A DNA stretch of 64,000 bases, from assembly GCA_965221955.1 (NCBI GenBank), contig CBDCTA010000029.1, positions 1 to 64,000 on the forward strand. The letters are read 5' to 3'. A program made the position numbers and the translations under genes. The notes beneath the pieces were generated by a model that saw nothing but the letters and a program-made list of their open reading frames with translations, had not been told where the DNA came from and did no database searches. This DNA comes from Gammaproteobacteria bacterium (GTDB lineage Bacteria; Pseudomonadota; Gammaproteobacteria; UBA4575). This document shows positions 40,949-51,500 of this stretch, piece after piece; the first letter of the stretch is position 1; every line of letters begins with the position of its first letter.

Positions 40949-41719
40949 ATGTCTACGTTACATGTTTCAAAGTTTGTCGAATCTGAGCGTGCACCTATTT
41001 TAGTATTGTTACATGGATGGGGCTCTAATTCTAAAATTTGGCACTCTTGTATTGCTACGTTAAGCAAAGAATTCCAAATATGGTGTATAGATCTGCCAGG
41101 ACATGGAAAATCACAGTCTCTATCTTGGGATGCTAGTATCGATCAAGGCTTGGACTTATTATCTAATGCTTTGCCTAAAGAGAGTTCTATAGTGGGCTGG
41201 TCTCTTGGCGGCTTATTTGCACAATTGTTTTTAAAACATTATCCGCAACGTGTGCAAAACTTGATGTTAATTGCGAGCACACCTAAATTTGTTGCGAGCA
41301 AGAATTGGTTGCATGGCATGCCTACAAAAACATTTGAGAAATTTTCTCAAAGCTATACGACTTCACCTCAGAAAACTTTAAAAAAGTTTCACGCATTGCA
41401 AGCCTTACATGGTTTGAATGCCAGGCAAGTTATGCAACAGCTTAATCAATCATTGGAAACTCAATCAATGCTAGAAATTGCTTGGGGCTTGCAATGGTTA
41501 GCTCAAGTAGATTTGCGTGAAAGTAATCTTGCAGAAAATATTATTGTTCATATGCTACAAGGAGAGAATGATCAGGTTGTATCTGTAGACGCTGCAAAAG
41601 ATGCGGCATGCCTATGGGATAATATTACATTGCATAAAATTGCTGGCGCTGGACACGTGCCCTTTTTGTCGCACCCAAAAACTTTTATCGAGAAAGTGCA
41701 GTTGATGATGCAAGCCTAA
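40949..41719 (+). CDS. bioH: Pimeloyl-ACP methyl ester esterase
   Basis: LHGWG, DLPGHG, GWSLGG and GHVPFLSHP; next to bioC. Confidence 0.88.
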   Translation: MSTLHVSKFVESERAPILVLLHGWGSNSKIWHSCIATLSKEFQIWCIDLPGHGKSQSLSWDASIDQGLDLLSNALPKESSIVGWSLGGLFAQLFLKHYPQRVQNLMLIASTPKFVASKNWLHGMPTKTFEKFSQSYTTSPQKTLKKFHALQALHGLNARQVMQQLNQSLETQSMLEIAWGLQWLAQVDLRESNLAENIIVHMLQGENDQVVSVDAAKDAACLWDNITLHKIAGAGHVPFLSHPKTFIEKVQLMMQA

Positions 41720-41732
41720 TATACTTATATTG

Positions 41733-42572
41733 ATGTCGATGTTGAGTAAAAAACGTATACGCGAAGATTTTTCTAAGGCTGCAAATACTTATGATGCAGC
41801 AGCAGTGGTGCAAGAAGAAATTTGCGATCGGGCCCTAGAGCGCTTGCAAATGCTAAAGCTACAACCCAAGACCATATTAGATGTAGGCAGTGGGACTGGT
41901 AGGAGTGTTAGTGGCCTACAAAAATTATTTCCACACAGCAAGGTCATTGCATGTGATCTTGCTTTACCCATGTTGTTGCAAAATCAAACTGCATTATCAG
42001 TTTGTGGGGATGCAGAGCATCTTGCGATAAAAAAATCATCAGTTGATTTAATTTTCTCAACCTCAACGTTTCAGTGGTGTGAAGATTTGGCACAAGTGTT
42101 TAGCGAGTGTTTTCGAGTGTTAAAAAAACAAGGCGCAATGGTTTTTTCCACTTTTGGACCTGATACCCTGGTTGAGTTGCGCCAAAGCTGGATGCAAGTT
42201 GATCAAAGTCATCATGTACATAGCTTTATCGATATGCACCATATTGGCGATATATTGTTGGCAAATCGCTTTATGGATCCAGTAGTGGATAGAGAAACGA
42301 TCATCATTGAATATCAGAAATTTCGTCAACTGCTCGCAGATTTAAAAGACACAGGCAGTCGAGGCAAGTTCTCTACAAGAGAGGATAACTTCTCAGCAGG
42401 GCTTACTGGCAAGGCAAAATTTCATCAGCTACAAACTGCGTACGAAACCTTTCGTCAAAAAAACGGCTTGTTGCCGGCTAGTTACGAAGTCATTTACGGC
42501 TATGCGTGTAAACCAAATGTACAAGCATCAGCAAGTGGAGAAATAAGAATCTCGGTCGATAACATTCAATAG
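41733..42572 (+). CDS. bioC: Malonyl-ACP O-methyltransferase
   Basis: FSKAANTYD, LDVGSGTG, STFGPDTL and FIDMHHIGD. Confidence 0.93.
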   Translation: MSMLSKKRIREDFSKAANTYDAAAVVQEEICDRALERLQMLKLQPKTILDVGSGTGRSVSGLQKLFPHSKVIACDLALPMLLQNQTALSVCGDAEHLAIKKSSVDLIFSTSTFQWCEDLAQVFSECFRVLKKQGAMVFSTFGPDTLVELRQSWMQVDQSHHVHSFIDMHHIGDILLANRFMDPVVDRETIIIEYQKFRQLLADLKDTGSRGKFSTREDNFSAGLTGKAKFHQLQTAYETFRQKNGLLPASYEVIYGYACKPNVQASASGEIRISVDNIQ

Positions 42573-42793
42573 CTTTACGAGGCTATAGAATAGTATCCAG
42601 GCTTATAACTGACATTAATGGCAATATTAATGATCGGTAGAACTATCTCTATTGCCCTGGGGTGCTAGGCATGACTTTTTCTGATTGAGAGATACAATTG
42701 TAGCGCGGGAAATTGTTAGATTTATCATCGCTCAAAGATTTAAATCGAGCTGTATTTTTTGGAAAAGGAATTTACAACTAAGGGAATTATGAT

Positions 42794-43285
42794 TTGGCCA
42801 CAGCTACTGATATAGATCATGAACTTGAAGGTCCAAAACAGTTTATAGTTCGGCACAATCAGTCCCTTTCGTGGCACGGTAATAAAATTTTCATACTCTA
42901 TATCGGTATTTTGTCGCTCGGTATCGCAGGTATATTTGCTTTACAAGGATTATGGCTGGTTCTACCCTTCGCAGGGCTAGAAATAATCGCGTTAACTATT
43001 GGTTTGTATATATGTTGTTTGCGAAATCGCCGTCAAGAAGTTATCACTATTGATGAAAGAGCCCTTACTGTAGAGAAAGGAGCGCAACAGCCTCAAGAAG
43101 TTTGGAAATTTGATCGAGCATGGGTCAACTTGGAGCTACAAAATGCAAAGTTTCAAGGTCATCCGAGCAAGTTATTAATACGCTCAAAAGGTAAACAAAT
43201 TGAAATTGGTGAATATTTAACGAATAAAGAGAGAAAAAGTTTAGCGATCTCCTTAGGCAAAGCTTTAAACACTACACTTAATTAA
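42794..43285 (+). CDS. DUF2244 membrane protein
   Basis: NQSLS, LPFAGLE and EIGEYL; upstream of the cox cluster. Confidence 0.8.
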   Translation: MATATDIDHELEGPKQFIVRHNQSLSWHGNKIFILYIGILSLGIAGIFALQGLWLVLPFAGLEIIALTIGLYICCLRNRRQEVITIDERALTVEKGAQQPQEVWKFDRAWVNLELQNAKFQGHPSKLLIRSKGKQIEIGEYLTNKERKSLAISLGKALNTTLN

Positions 43286-43317
43286 AAGTTAACGATTTTC
43301 ATAATAGGAAGTAATAA

Positions 43318-44181
43318 ATGAAACAAAATACTCTGAAACACTCATTCCGCTACATATTGCTGGGCAGTTTGATTGGAGTTTTTTCGCAAAATGCCTGGGC
43401 CGAGATTCAGCCTTATAACCTCACACAAGGCGTAACAGATACCAGCAAGGATATATACGATTTGCACATGATCATTTATTACATCTGTTGCGCAATTGGA
43501 GTGGTGGTGTTTGCAGCCATGGCAATTTCACTATTTAGAGATCGAAAATCAAGAGGTGTAACCCCTGCAAAGTTTCATGAAAGCACTTTCTTAGAGTTCA
43601 TCTGGACTGCAATACCTTTTGTAATTCTTATAGCTATAGCAATACCTTCAGCAAATGTGTTAATTCACTCAAAGGATATTAACGATGCAGAAATGACTAT
43701 TAAAGTAACCGGTTACCAGTGGTTATGGCGCTATGAATATATTGATCATGATATCGATTTTTATAGTGTACTGAGCACGCCTCGTGCTGAAATCTATGAT
43801 CAAGAATCCAAGGACGAAAATTATTTATTAGAAGTAGACAATGAACTCGTTCTTCCTACTAATCGTAAGGTCAGATTTTTAATAACTTCAAATGATGTAA
43901 TTCATTCATGGTGGGTACCTGAACTTGCTGTGAAAAGAGATGCAGTGCCAGGCTTTATTAATGAGGCATGGACAAAAATTAATAAGGCGGGTGTCTATCG
44001 TGGCCAGTGTGCTGAACTGTGTGGGCGTGATCATGGTTTCATGCCAGTCGTTGTGCGCGCATTACCACCGGAAGAATTCGACACTTGGGTACTACAGCAG
44101 AGTAATAATAATGTGGCAAATTCTGAAAGAAGTTCGACTTCTGTAGAGCAAAATAGTCCAAATAAAGTAGCTGCCTATTAA
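43318..44181 (+). CDS. coxB: Cytochrome c oxidase subunit II
   Basis: GYQWLW, DVIHSWW and CuA motif CAELCGRDHGFM. Confidence 0.97.
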   Translation: MKQNTLKHSFRYILLGSLIGVFSQNAWAEIQPYNLTQGVTDTSKDIYDLHMIIYYICCAIGVVVFAAMAISLFRDRKSRGVTPAKFHESTFLEFIWTAIPFVILIAIAIPSANVLIHSKDINDAEMTIKVTGYQWLWRYEYIDHDIDFYSVLSTPRAEIYDQESKDENYLLEVDNELVLPTNRKVRFLITSNDVIHSWWVPELAVKRDAVPGFINEAWTKINKAGVYRGQCAELCGRDHGFMPVVVRALPPEEFDTWVLQQSNNNVANSERSSTSVEQNSPNKVAAY

Positions 44182-44250
44182 CACGAATGCAGTGAATTAA
44201 GCCCAAAAAGATTTTTTAAAAAATTTAGAAAAATATTCGGAGTAATAAAT

Positions 44251-45879
44251 ATGTCAACGACGACAGCTGGCGATCATCACGAAGAACATCCATCTGGCAT
44301 CATGCGTTGGATTACAACGACCAATCATAAAGATATTGGTACATTATATTTGTGGTTTGCACTCATTATGTTTTTTGTGGGTGGTTTTATGGCATTGATC
44401 ATTCGTGCTGAATTGTTTCAGCCTGGAATGCAGTTTGTCGATCCGCAATTTTTCAATTCTATGACCACAATGCATGCGCTTATTATGGTGTTTGGTGTAG
44501 TGATGCCTGCCTTCACTGGATTTGCAAATTGGATGATACCTTTGATGATTGGTGGTACCGATATGGCGTTGCCACGAATGAACAACTGGAGTTTTTGGAT
44601 TTTACCATTTGCATTTGCAATGATGGGTTCCACCTTATTTATGGATGGTGGTGGTCCAGCAGGTGGTTGGACATTGTACCCACCACTTACTTTGCAAACA
44701 GGTGATGCGTTACCTTTTGTTGTGTTCTCTATTCATTTTATGGGGATGTCTTCAATTATGGGTGCAATTAATGTGATCGCAACGATTTTGAATATGCGTG
44801 CACCTGGTATGACTTTAATGCGTATGCCATTGTTTGTTTGGACTTGGTTAATCACTGCATATCTATTAATTGCTGTTATGCCTGTCTTTGCAGGTGCGGT
44901 TACGATGCTACTTACAGATAAGTTTTTTGGTACTAGTTTCTTTAATGCTGCTGGTGGTGGTGACCCGGTTTTATTTCAGCATATTTTCTGGTTTTTTGGA
45001 CATCCTGAAGTATACATATTGATTCTGCCTTCATTTGGTGTGATTTCTACTATTATTCCAACATTTGCCCGTAAACCATTATTTGGTTATTCATCAATGG
45101 TATATGCAACTGCATCCATTGCTTTCTTATCTTTTATTGTTTGGGCCCACCATATGTTTACTGCAGGTATGCCTCTTGCTGGAGAGTTGTACTTCATGTT
45201 TGCCACGATGTTGATTGCGGTTCCAACTGGTGTAAAAGTATTTAATTGGATTTCCACTATGTGGCGTGGAGCAATGACGTTTGAAACACCTATGTTATTT
45301 TCTATTGCCTTTATTGTTTTATTTACGATAGGTGGTTTTTCTGGCCTTATGATGTCCATTGCACCTGTAGATTTTCAATACCATGATACGTATTTTATTG
45401 TGGCACATTTTCACTATGTGCTAGTACCTGGCGCAATTTTTGCGATTATAGCAGCAACATATTACTGGTTGCCGAAATGGACTGGGAATATGTATAGCGA
45501 GACGTGGGGTAAAATTCATTTCTGGACATCTACAATTTTTGTCAACATTACTTTTTTCCCAATGCACTTTTTAGGTCTGGCTGGAATGCCGCGCCGTATC
45601 CCTGATTACGCACTGCAATTCTCAGATTACAATATGATAGCTTCTATTGGCGCATTTGGTTTTGGTTTTGCTCAGATCATTTTCTTAGGAATTATAATTG
45701 CTACGATACGTGGTGGCGCAAAAGCAACTGACCGTGTATGGGAAGGTGCACATGGGTTAGAGTGGACTTTAAGTTCTCCACCTCCATACCATAGCTTTAC
45801 TACTCCACCAAATGTTGAAAATGAATGGAACTGGTTCACTCGTGTAGTAAATGAAGATGCAATCAAAACGCGCAGCTAA
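44251..45879 (+). CDS. ctaD: Cytochrome c oxidase subunit I (A1 type)
   Basis: NHKDIG, GHPEVY, WAHH and AHFHY. Confidence 0.99.
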   Translation: MSTTTAGDHHEEHPSGIMRWITTTNHKDIGTLYLWFALIMFFVGGFMALIIRAELFQPGMQFVDPQFFNSMTTMHALIMVFGVVMPAFTGFANWMIPLMIGGTDMALPRMNNWSFWILPFAFAMMGSTLFMDGGGPAGGWTLYPPLTLQTGDALPFVVFSIHFMGMSSIMGAINVIATILNMRAPGMTLMRMPLFVWTWLITAYLLIAVMPVFAGAVTMLLTDKFFGTSFFNAAGGGDPVLFQHIFWFFGHPEVYILILPSFGVISTIIPTFARKPLFGYSSMVYATASIAFLSFIVWAHHMFTAGMPLAGELYFMFATMLIAVPTGVKVFNWISTMWRGAMTFETPMLFSIAFIVLFTIGGFSGLMMSIAPVDFQYHDTYFIVAHFHYVLVPGAIFAIIAATYYWLPKWTGNMYSETWGKIHFWTSTIFVNITFFPMHFLGLAGMPRRIPDYALQFSDYNMIASIGAFGFGFAQIIFLGIIIATIRGGAKATDRVWEGAHGLEWTLSSPPPYHSFTTPPNVENEWNWFTRVVNEDAIKTRS

Positions 45880-45955
45880 GCGAACAGCAATCATCTTGGG
45901 CCTTGTTGCACTGATAATTTATATCGGCTTTTATTTCCTGATGAATGCTAAATAA
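45851..45955 (+). CDS. Small single-TM protein (34 aa), not in the ORF track
   Basis: MKMQSKRAAKRTAIILGLVALIIYIGFYFLMNAK fills the ctaD-ctaG gap. Confidence 0.55.
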   Translation: MKMQSKRAAKRTAIILGLVALIIYIGFYFLMNAK

Positions 45956-45967
45956 GAGAATAGATGA

Positions 45968-46525
45968 ATGAGTTCGGTCAATAGTAAAAGTGCATTTAAA
46001 CTTTGTTTGGTTGCGGCTGCCATGTTTGGTTTTGGGTATGCACTCGTTCCTCTCTATGATGTCATATGCGATATCACTGGTTTGAATGGCAAATCTGATT
46101 CAGTTACACAGCAGCAAGAAGCAAATTTTGATGTAGATGAATCACGAACCATTACTGTAGAGTTTATCGCTAATTTAAACCAAAGTATGGCTTGGGACTT
46201 TAAGCCTGAGGTTGCAAAAATGGTGGTACATCCAGGTAAATCTTATCAAACCAGTTTCTTTGTCAATAACAAAACTGAACATTCGATGATCGGACAAGCC
46301 ATTCCCAGCGTTGCGCCTCCAGATGCTGCTAGTAAATTTATTAAAACAGAATGTTTTTGTTTTACTAGTCAATTATTAGAAGCAGGGCAATCGATGGAGA
46401 TGCCACTAGTATTTGTGATTAGTCCAACACTACCAGACCATATAAAAACGGTTTCCCTTTCTTATACTTATTTTGATGTCAGCAATCGAGTGGATAGCTT
46501 ACAAAATAATACAGATAACACTTAA
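45968..46525 (+). CDS. ctaG: Cytochrome c oxidase Cu chaperone CtaG/Cox11
   Basis: VPLYDVICDITGLNG and KTECFCF. Confidence 0.95.
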   Translation: MSSVNSKSAFKLCLVAAAMFGFGYALVPLYDVICDITGLNGKSDSVTQQQEANFDVDESRTITVEFIANLNQSMAWDFKPEVAKMVVHPGKSYQTSFFVNNKTEHSMIGQAIPSVAPPDAASKFIKTECFCFTSQLLEAGQSMEMPLVFVISPTLPDHIKTVSLSYTYFDVSNRVDSLQNNTDNT

Positions 46526-46541
46526 ACACTAAGAGAAAATT

Positions 46542-47414
46542 ATGGCACAAGCAGAAAGTAACTATTTCATTCCCCACGGCAGTCACTGGCCATTTGTAGG
46601 ATCGATAGCAGTTTGCAGTTTAATGGTGGGATTCTCAAATCTCTTGAATGGGGCAGACTGGGGCAAATATGTGATGATGTTTGGTGGCATTGTATTGCTA
46701 GTCATGCTGTTTGGTTGGTTTGGGGCAGTGATAAGAGAAAGTGAATCGGGTACTTATAACCAACAAGTAGATACTTCATTTCGATGGGGGATGTTTTGGT
46801 TCATTTTTTCAGAAGTCATGTTCTTTGCAGTTTTCTTTGGTTCTTTGTTTTATATAAGGACTTATTCACTACCTTGGCTTGGGGGTGATGGTTCTGGTGT
46901 ATCTACGAATGCTTATTTATGGCCAGGTTTTGAAGCCATTTGGCCGCAAACCGGTAATGGACCGGGACAAGTTGGTGGTGAATTTAAGGCCATGGCATGG
47001 AATGGTTTGCCATTGATCAACACAATTTTATTGCTCACCAGTGGTGTGACCTTAACTTGGGCACATCACGCTCTTAAAGCCAATCACCGTACACAACTCA
47101 TCATCGGGCTGTTTTTAACCGTATTGCTAGGCGCAATCTTCATGGTTTGCCAAGGAATCGAATACTACGAAGCCTATGAACATCTTGGTTTAACCTTAGG
47201 CTCTGGGGTATATGGATCTACCTTCTTTATGTTAACCGGTTTTCACGGCATGCATGTCACCATAGGGGCGATTATTCTATTTGTGATTTTAATCAGATGT
47301 ATCAAAGGGCACTTTAAACCAGAAAGTCATTTTGGTTTTGAGGCAGCTGCTTGGTATTGGCACTTTGTGGATGTGGTGTGGTTAGGCTTATTTATATTTG
47401 TTTATATTTTGTAG
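46542..47414 (+). CDS. ctaE: Cytochrome c oxidase subunit III
   Basis: FIFSEVMFF, TGFHGMHV and WYWHFVDVVW. Confidence 0.97.
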   Translation: MAQAESNYFIPHGSHWPFVGSIAVCSLMVGFSNLLNGADWGKYVMMFGGIVLLVMLFGWFGAVIRESESGTYNQQVDTSFRWGMFWFIFSEVMFFAVFFGSLFYIRTYSLPWLGGDGSGVSTNAYLWPGFEAIWPQTGNGPGQVGGEFKAMAWNGLPLINTILLLTSGVTLTWAHHALKANHRTQLIIGLFLTVLLGAIFMVCQGIEYYEAYEHLGLTLGSGVYGSTFFMLTGFHGMHVTIGAIILFVILIRCIKGHFKPESHFGFEAAAWYWHFVDVVWLGLFIFVYIL

Positions 47415-47432
47415 CACAAATTCTCGACTGTA

Positions 47433-47460
47433 AAAAAACGCCGCGATTGCGGCGTTTTTT
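47433..47460. terminator. Bidirectional intrinsic terminator
   Basis: AAAAAACGCCGC-GATT-GCGGCGTTTTTT between convergent genes. Confidence 0.9.
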
Positions 47461-47502
47461 ATTTCCAGATCTAATTTTTTTAATATTGGAGAAAGAGTTT
47501 AG

Positions 47503-47712
47503 TTAACCACCAAGACCATGTGGTTGAATCAAACCCGTATAATAACCGAGTATTAATAATAAAATTATCGAAATAGAAACCGCGATTCGTATAGTTAATG
47601 CATTAACTGTACGTTTAGTCTTTCCTTTATCTTCGATTAAATAATATAGCGCTGCACCTAGACTAATTAGGATAATTAGAAATAATACAATAATGATAAT
47701 CTTAATGGTCAT
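47503..47712 (-). CDS. Twin-transmembrane small protein (DUF2909-like)
   Basis: SLGAALYYL..D..RTVNALTIR..GLIQPH; start reassigned to ATG 47712. Confidence 0.85.
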   Translation of the reverse strand: MTIKIIIIVLFLIILISLGAALYYLIEDKGKTKRTVNALTIRIAVSISIILLLILGYYTGLIQPHGLGG

Positions 47713-47734
47713 AAACTCAGCTGTGGAAGTATAA

Positions 47735-48457
47735 ATGTATTGGCACAAACCTTCATGGTTGATTTTGATTGTGACAGCAGTCGGAGTATTTTGTCTTAGC
47801 TCATTAGGTGTTTGGCAACTGCAGCGTGCAGAAGAAAAAAAACAAATTCTGCGTGATAGCAAAGCGCAAAACAACAATACTCCGCAATCTATCCGTTTAC
47901 CAGTCGTAGAACCAGAGAAACTACGCTATCAACGAATAGAGCTACAGGGGAGTTATATTTCAAGCAAACAGTTTGTGCTGGACAATCAAATACAAGATCA
48001 TAAAGTTGGCTACAATATTCTCACACCGTTTCGAGTTAGCAATACAGATTTTGTAGTATTAGTGGATCGTGGGTGGGTAGCGCTTGAAAATTCGCGTCAA
48101 CAATTGCCGGAAGTGAACGTATCTGAAGAACTACGTACGATAACAGGAACCGTTTACGCACTATTTGGCAAACCCTATACACTGGGAGAAATTGATAATG
48201 GTAATACTAACTGGCCAAGGTTAGTTCAGTATTTAGACTTTGATGTTTTAGGGAATCGCTTGGGAAAAACACTACAGCCTTTCACCTTACGACTAGATGG
48301 TGACCAACAAGATGGCTATTTGAGAGAGTGGCAGATTTTTGCATTTTCACCAAACCGAAATTTAGCCTATGCGGTACAGTGGTTTGCTTTAGCGTTAGCC
48401 TTGCTGGTGATCTTTGTCGTGCTACATATATCTAAATCAAAAAAACCAAATGGATAA
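47735..48457 (+). CDS. SURF1 family protein
   Basis: LGVWQLQRA, LVDRGWV and YAVQWF. Confidence 0.93.
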   Translation: MYWHKPSWLILIVTAVGVFCLSSLGVWQLQRAEEKKQILRDSKAQNNNTPQSIRLPVVEPEKLRYQRIELQGSYISSKQFVLDNQIQDHKVGYNILTPFRVSNTDFVVLVDRGWVALENSRQQLPEVNVSEELRTITGTVYALFGKPYTLGEIDNGNTNWPRLVQYLDFDVLGNRLGKTLQPFTLRLDGDQQDGYLREWQIFAFSPNRNLAYAVQWFALALALLVIFVVLHISKSKKPNG

Positions 48458-49040
48458 AAAAACACAAAGTAGAAGCTATTTAGTTGGCTTATTTATCGTA
48501 TTTTTTGGCCCACTATTTTTTGCCATGTGGCTATTTTATGTACCCAATAGTTGGCTAAGTTCAAACACACAAAATCATGGCACCTTAATTCAACCGGCAA
48601 AACCGTTGGATGATTTGAGTTTAACCACATTAGATGGTGATAATTGGGATAAACAACAATTTATGGGGAAATGGACACTGTTATATATAGGCGATGAAGA
48701 TTGTGACCTGTATTGCGAGGCAAGTTTGTTTAAAATGCGCCAAGTGCGATTGACGTTAGGCCGCGATAGCCAAAGAGTACAACGTAAATATTTAGGGATT
48801 GACCATGATAAAAATAAGAAACAGATCAATGCTGTTTTAGAACGCTATCCTAAAATGCAAATCAGCTGGTTTAATTTTGATAAAGTAAGCAATGCGTTAT
48901 CTTTATATGACTTGCAAAAGTATTCTATTTATTTAATTGACCCACTGGGAAATATAATGATGCAATATTCAAAAGATGCTACCTCAAAAGGCGTGAAGAA
49001 AGATCTGAAACGTTTGTTAAAGGTCTCCAAAATTGGTTAA
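48450..49040 (+). CDS. SCO/thioredoxin-like cytochrome oxidase assembly protein
   Basis: TM anchor, GKWTLL, CDLYC, IDPLGN and KDLKRLLKVS. Confidence 0.8.
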   Translation: MDKKTQSRSYLVGLFIVFFGPLFFAMWLFYVPNSWLSSNTQNHGTLIQPAKPLDDLSLTTLDGDNWDKQQFMGKWTLLYIGDEDCDLYCEASLFKMRQVRLTLGRDSQRVQRKYLGIDHDKNKKQINAVLERYPKMQISWFNFDKVSNALSLYDLQKYSIYLIDPLGNIMMQYSKDATSKGVKKDLKRLLKVSKIG

Positions 49041-49083
49041 ACAAATCCCTATTTATCTAAATTAATTAGTAAAATAAAAACAA

Positions 49084-50067
49084 ATGTTTAGAAAGATTGC
49101 ACTCCTTTCCACATTATTAGCCCTAATAGTGGTGGTAATGGGCGCTTATACGCGGTTATCTGATGCAGGTTTAGGCTGTCCGGATTGGCCAGGTTGTTAT
49201 GGGCATTTACTGGGCGTTCCCGAAACCAATGCTGAAATTGATCGTGCCAATCAAGCATTTCCTGAGCGTGCGGTTGAATCTGCTAAAGCCTGGAAAGAAA
49301 TGATACACCGCTACTTAGCTGAAGGCTTGGGGTTGTTGATATTGATCTTAGCTATTGTGGCAATCAAGAATCGAAAAGATGAGAACCAAGCTTTGTGGTT
49401 ACCTCTAGCTTTAGTAGCTTTGGTGATCTTTCAAGGTTTGTTAGGTATGTGGACGGTCACGTTATTATTAAAACCCGTTATTGTGATGCTGCATTTGTTA
49501 GGTGGCTTATGTATTTTAGCTTTGCTCTGGTGGCTCGTGTTACAGAGTTCGCCACAGCAAACTTTAGGCACACAAAATTCTTTAACATCAATTTTAGTAG
49601 TCGGTTTGATACTTTTAGTTGTACAAATATTGTTGGGGGGTTGGACTAGTGCGAATTATGCTGCCTTAGCGTGTCCAGATTTTCCAACTTGTCAGGGTGT
49701 GTGGTGGCCAGCGACAGATTTCAAAGAAGGCTTTGTTTTTTGGCGAGGGCTTGGGCAGAACTACGAATTTGGAGTGTTAGATAGTCCTGCACGTACCGCG
49801 ATCCATCTTAGCCATCGCATGTTTGCTATTGTTGTTGCTGTTTTTTGGTTAGCGATGTTATTGCGCATCATGGTAGGTCATAAGTCGTCATCGAATATGC
49901 GCCAAATAGCGACCATTACGCTGGTTTTTTTGATCGCTCAAATTGCTTTAGGCATTTCTAACGTAGTGATGAAATTGCCGATCAGTGTAGCTGTGATGCA
50001 TAATGGTGGCGCAGCGTTACTACTCTTGAGTGTAGTCACGCTAATTTTCTACGCTAGACGAGAATAG
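49084..50067 (+). CDS. ctaA: Heme A synthase COX15/CtaA
   Basis: GLGCPDWPGC, EMIHR and HLLGG. Confidence 0.93.
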   Translation: MFRKIALLSTLLALIVVVMGAYTRLSDAGLGCPDWPGCYGHLLGVPETNAEIDRANQAFPERAVESAKAWKEMIHRYLAEGLGLLILILAIVAIKNRKDENQALWLPLALVALVIFQGLLGMWTVTLLLKPVIVMLHLLGGLCILALLWWLVLQSSPQQTLGTQNSLTSILVVGLILLVVQILLGGWTSANYAALACPDFPTCQGVWWPATDFKEGFVFWRGLGQNYEFGVLDSPARTAIHLSHRMFAIVVAVFWLAMLLRIMVGHKSSSNMRQIATITLVFLIAQIALGISNVVMKLPISVAVMHNGGAALLLLSVVTLIFYARRE

Positions 50068-50075
50068 ACTTATAT

Positions 50076-50942
50076 TTAAGCAGCAATTGCTGACTTTAGC
50101 TTTTTAATCGCGTTATTTTCTAATTGGCGCACACGCTCTGCAGATACCTGATATTTTTCTGCTAAGTCTTGCAAAGTAGTTTTCTTTTCAGTTAGCCAGC
50201 GCTTCGCAATAATATCTCGACTACGTTCATCTAATTCCTGTAGAGCAATTTGTAGTTGTTGGGTTTGGTGAGCTTGCCAGTCATTTTGTTCAAGTTGCTC
50301 AGCAGGTGAAGCACTTTGATCCGTTAAATACGCAGCAGGAGAGAAGCTGCTTGCACCCTCTTCATCATCTGCATGGTCAGGCAAGTCAAAGCCTAAGTCA
50401 GGGCTAGATAAGCGTTTTTCCATTTCTAACACTTCAGCAGGTTTGACGCCCAATTCTTTAGCTACATTTTCAACTTCTTGTTGATTTAACCAAGCTAGTC
50501 TTTTTTTACTACTACGTAAATTAAAAAACAATTTACGTTGCGCTTTAGTCGTAGCAATTTTAACAATACGCCAATTGCGTAATACAAACTCATGAATTTC
50601 TGCGCGTACCCAATGCACTGCAAAGGAAACTAGGCGTACCCCTTTGTGCGGATCAAATTTTTTAACCGCTTTCATTAAACCTACATTACCTTCCTGAATT
50701 AAATCAGCTAGAGGTAGTCCATAACCGCTATAACCGCGTGCAACCTGCACAACGAAACGCAAGTGGTGAACAATGAGCGTACGAGCTGCGTCTAAGTCAT
50801 CTTTTTCATATAGACGTAAGGCAAGCTCATGCTCTTGCTCAGCATCTAATACGGGTATTTGATAGGCAGACGCAATATAGCTGTCTACATTTGCAGTAGA
50901 CACCGATAAATTGCCCTGTGTTAGCATCATTGACTTTGACAT
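50076..50942 (-). CDS. rpoH: Heat-shock sigma factor sigma-32
   Basis: RpoH box QRKLFFNLR, plus [14 protein letters not shown]. Confidence 0.98.
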   Translation of the reverse strand: MSKSMMLTQGNLSVSTANVDSYIASAYQIPVLDAEQEHELALRLYEKDDLDAARTLIVHHLRFVVQVARGYSGYGLPLADLIQEGNVGLMKAVKKFDPHKGVRLVSFAVHWVRAEIHEFVLRNWRIVKIATTKAQRKLFFNLRSSKKRLAWLNQQEVENVAKELGVKPAEVLEMEKRLSSPDLGFDLPDHADDEEGASSFSPAAYLTDQSASPAEQLEQNDWQAHQTQQLQIALQELDERSRDIIAKRWLTEKKTTLQDLAEKYQVSAERVRQLENNAIKKLKSAIAA

Positions 50943-50991
50943 GATTTTTAATTTCCCCTTATCGGATCATTAACTGTTCTCGAGTATAATT

Positions 50992-51018
50992 TTAGCACTC
51001 TTGGTCTTAGAGTGCTAA
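50992..51018. promoter_or_regulatory. CIRCE element (HrcA operator) upstream of rpoH
   Basis: Perfect TTAGCACTC-TTGGTCTTA-GAGTGCTAA, 50 bp upstream of the rpoH start. Confidence 0.92.
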
Positions 51019-51500
51019 CCAGCCAAAACGTTCAATTTTGACCCCTTATTGGCTAAATTTAAGTCCTAGAACCGCACTATATGCTCTATTTTTAGGGCTC
51101 TATCCCCCTCACAAGATCTCGAGTAGAGGAGATCAATAGTATTGATACAGTGAACTGAGTAAGCTCATGAACAGCTTCAATTTTTGGGCTTTCTAAGCGT
51201 TGAAAAGTATGTTTTGAGGCTAGGCAAAATGGCCCTATATCTCGATTGGTTATTACGTCGCTCTGTCAGGGCGCTTCACCCGGAAGCGTGTTGTTTCAAA
51301 TTTCTGAAACCGTATCGTTAACACGTATACAGGCGTTGAGTAGTTTTCAATACAGGAAGTATTTAGAGAACCGTTTACTAAAATACAGGATTGGAGTTGC
51401 TGCCCTTTTATCGGTCTATATTTGGACTCTGTCTTTTACAAATACGCCTAAAAATATATATCCATACAATTTTAAAGATTACGTTTCTAAATATAAATAC

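Noticed and set aside
49084-50076. Absence of heme O synthase (ctaB/cyoE) after ctaA
   Set aside because: The gene may lie elsewhere in the genome; this cannot be judged from one window.
51246-51500. N-terminal extension of the 162-aa ORF
   Set aside because: It begins at TTG and is not protein-like; recognisable similarity starts at ATG 51501.
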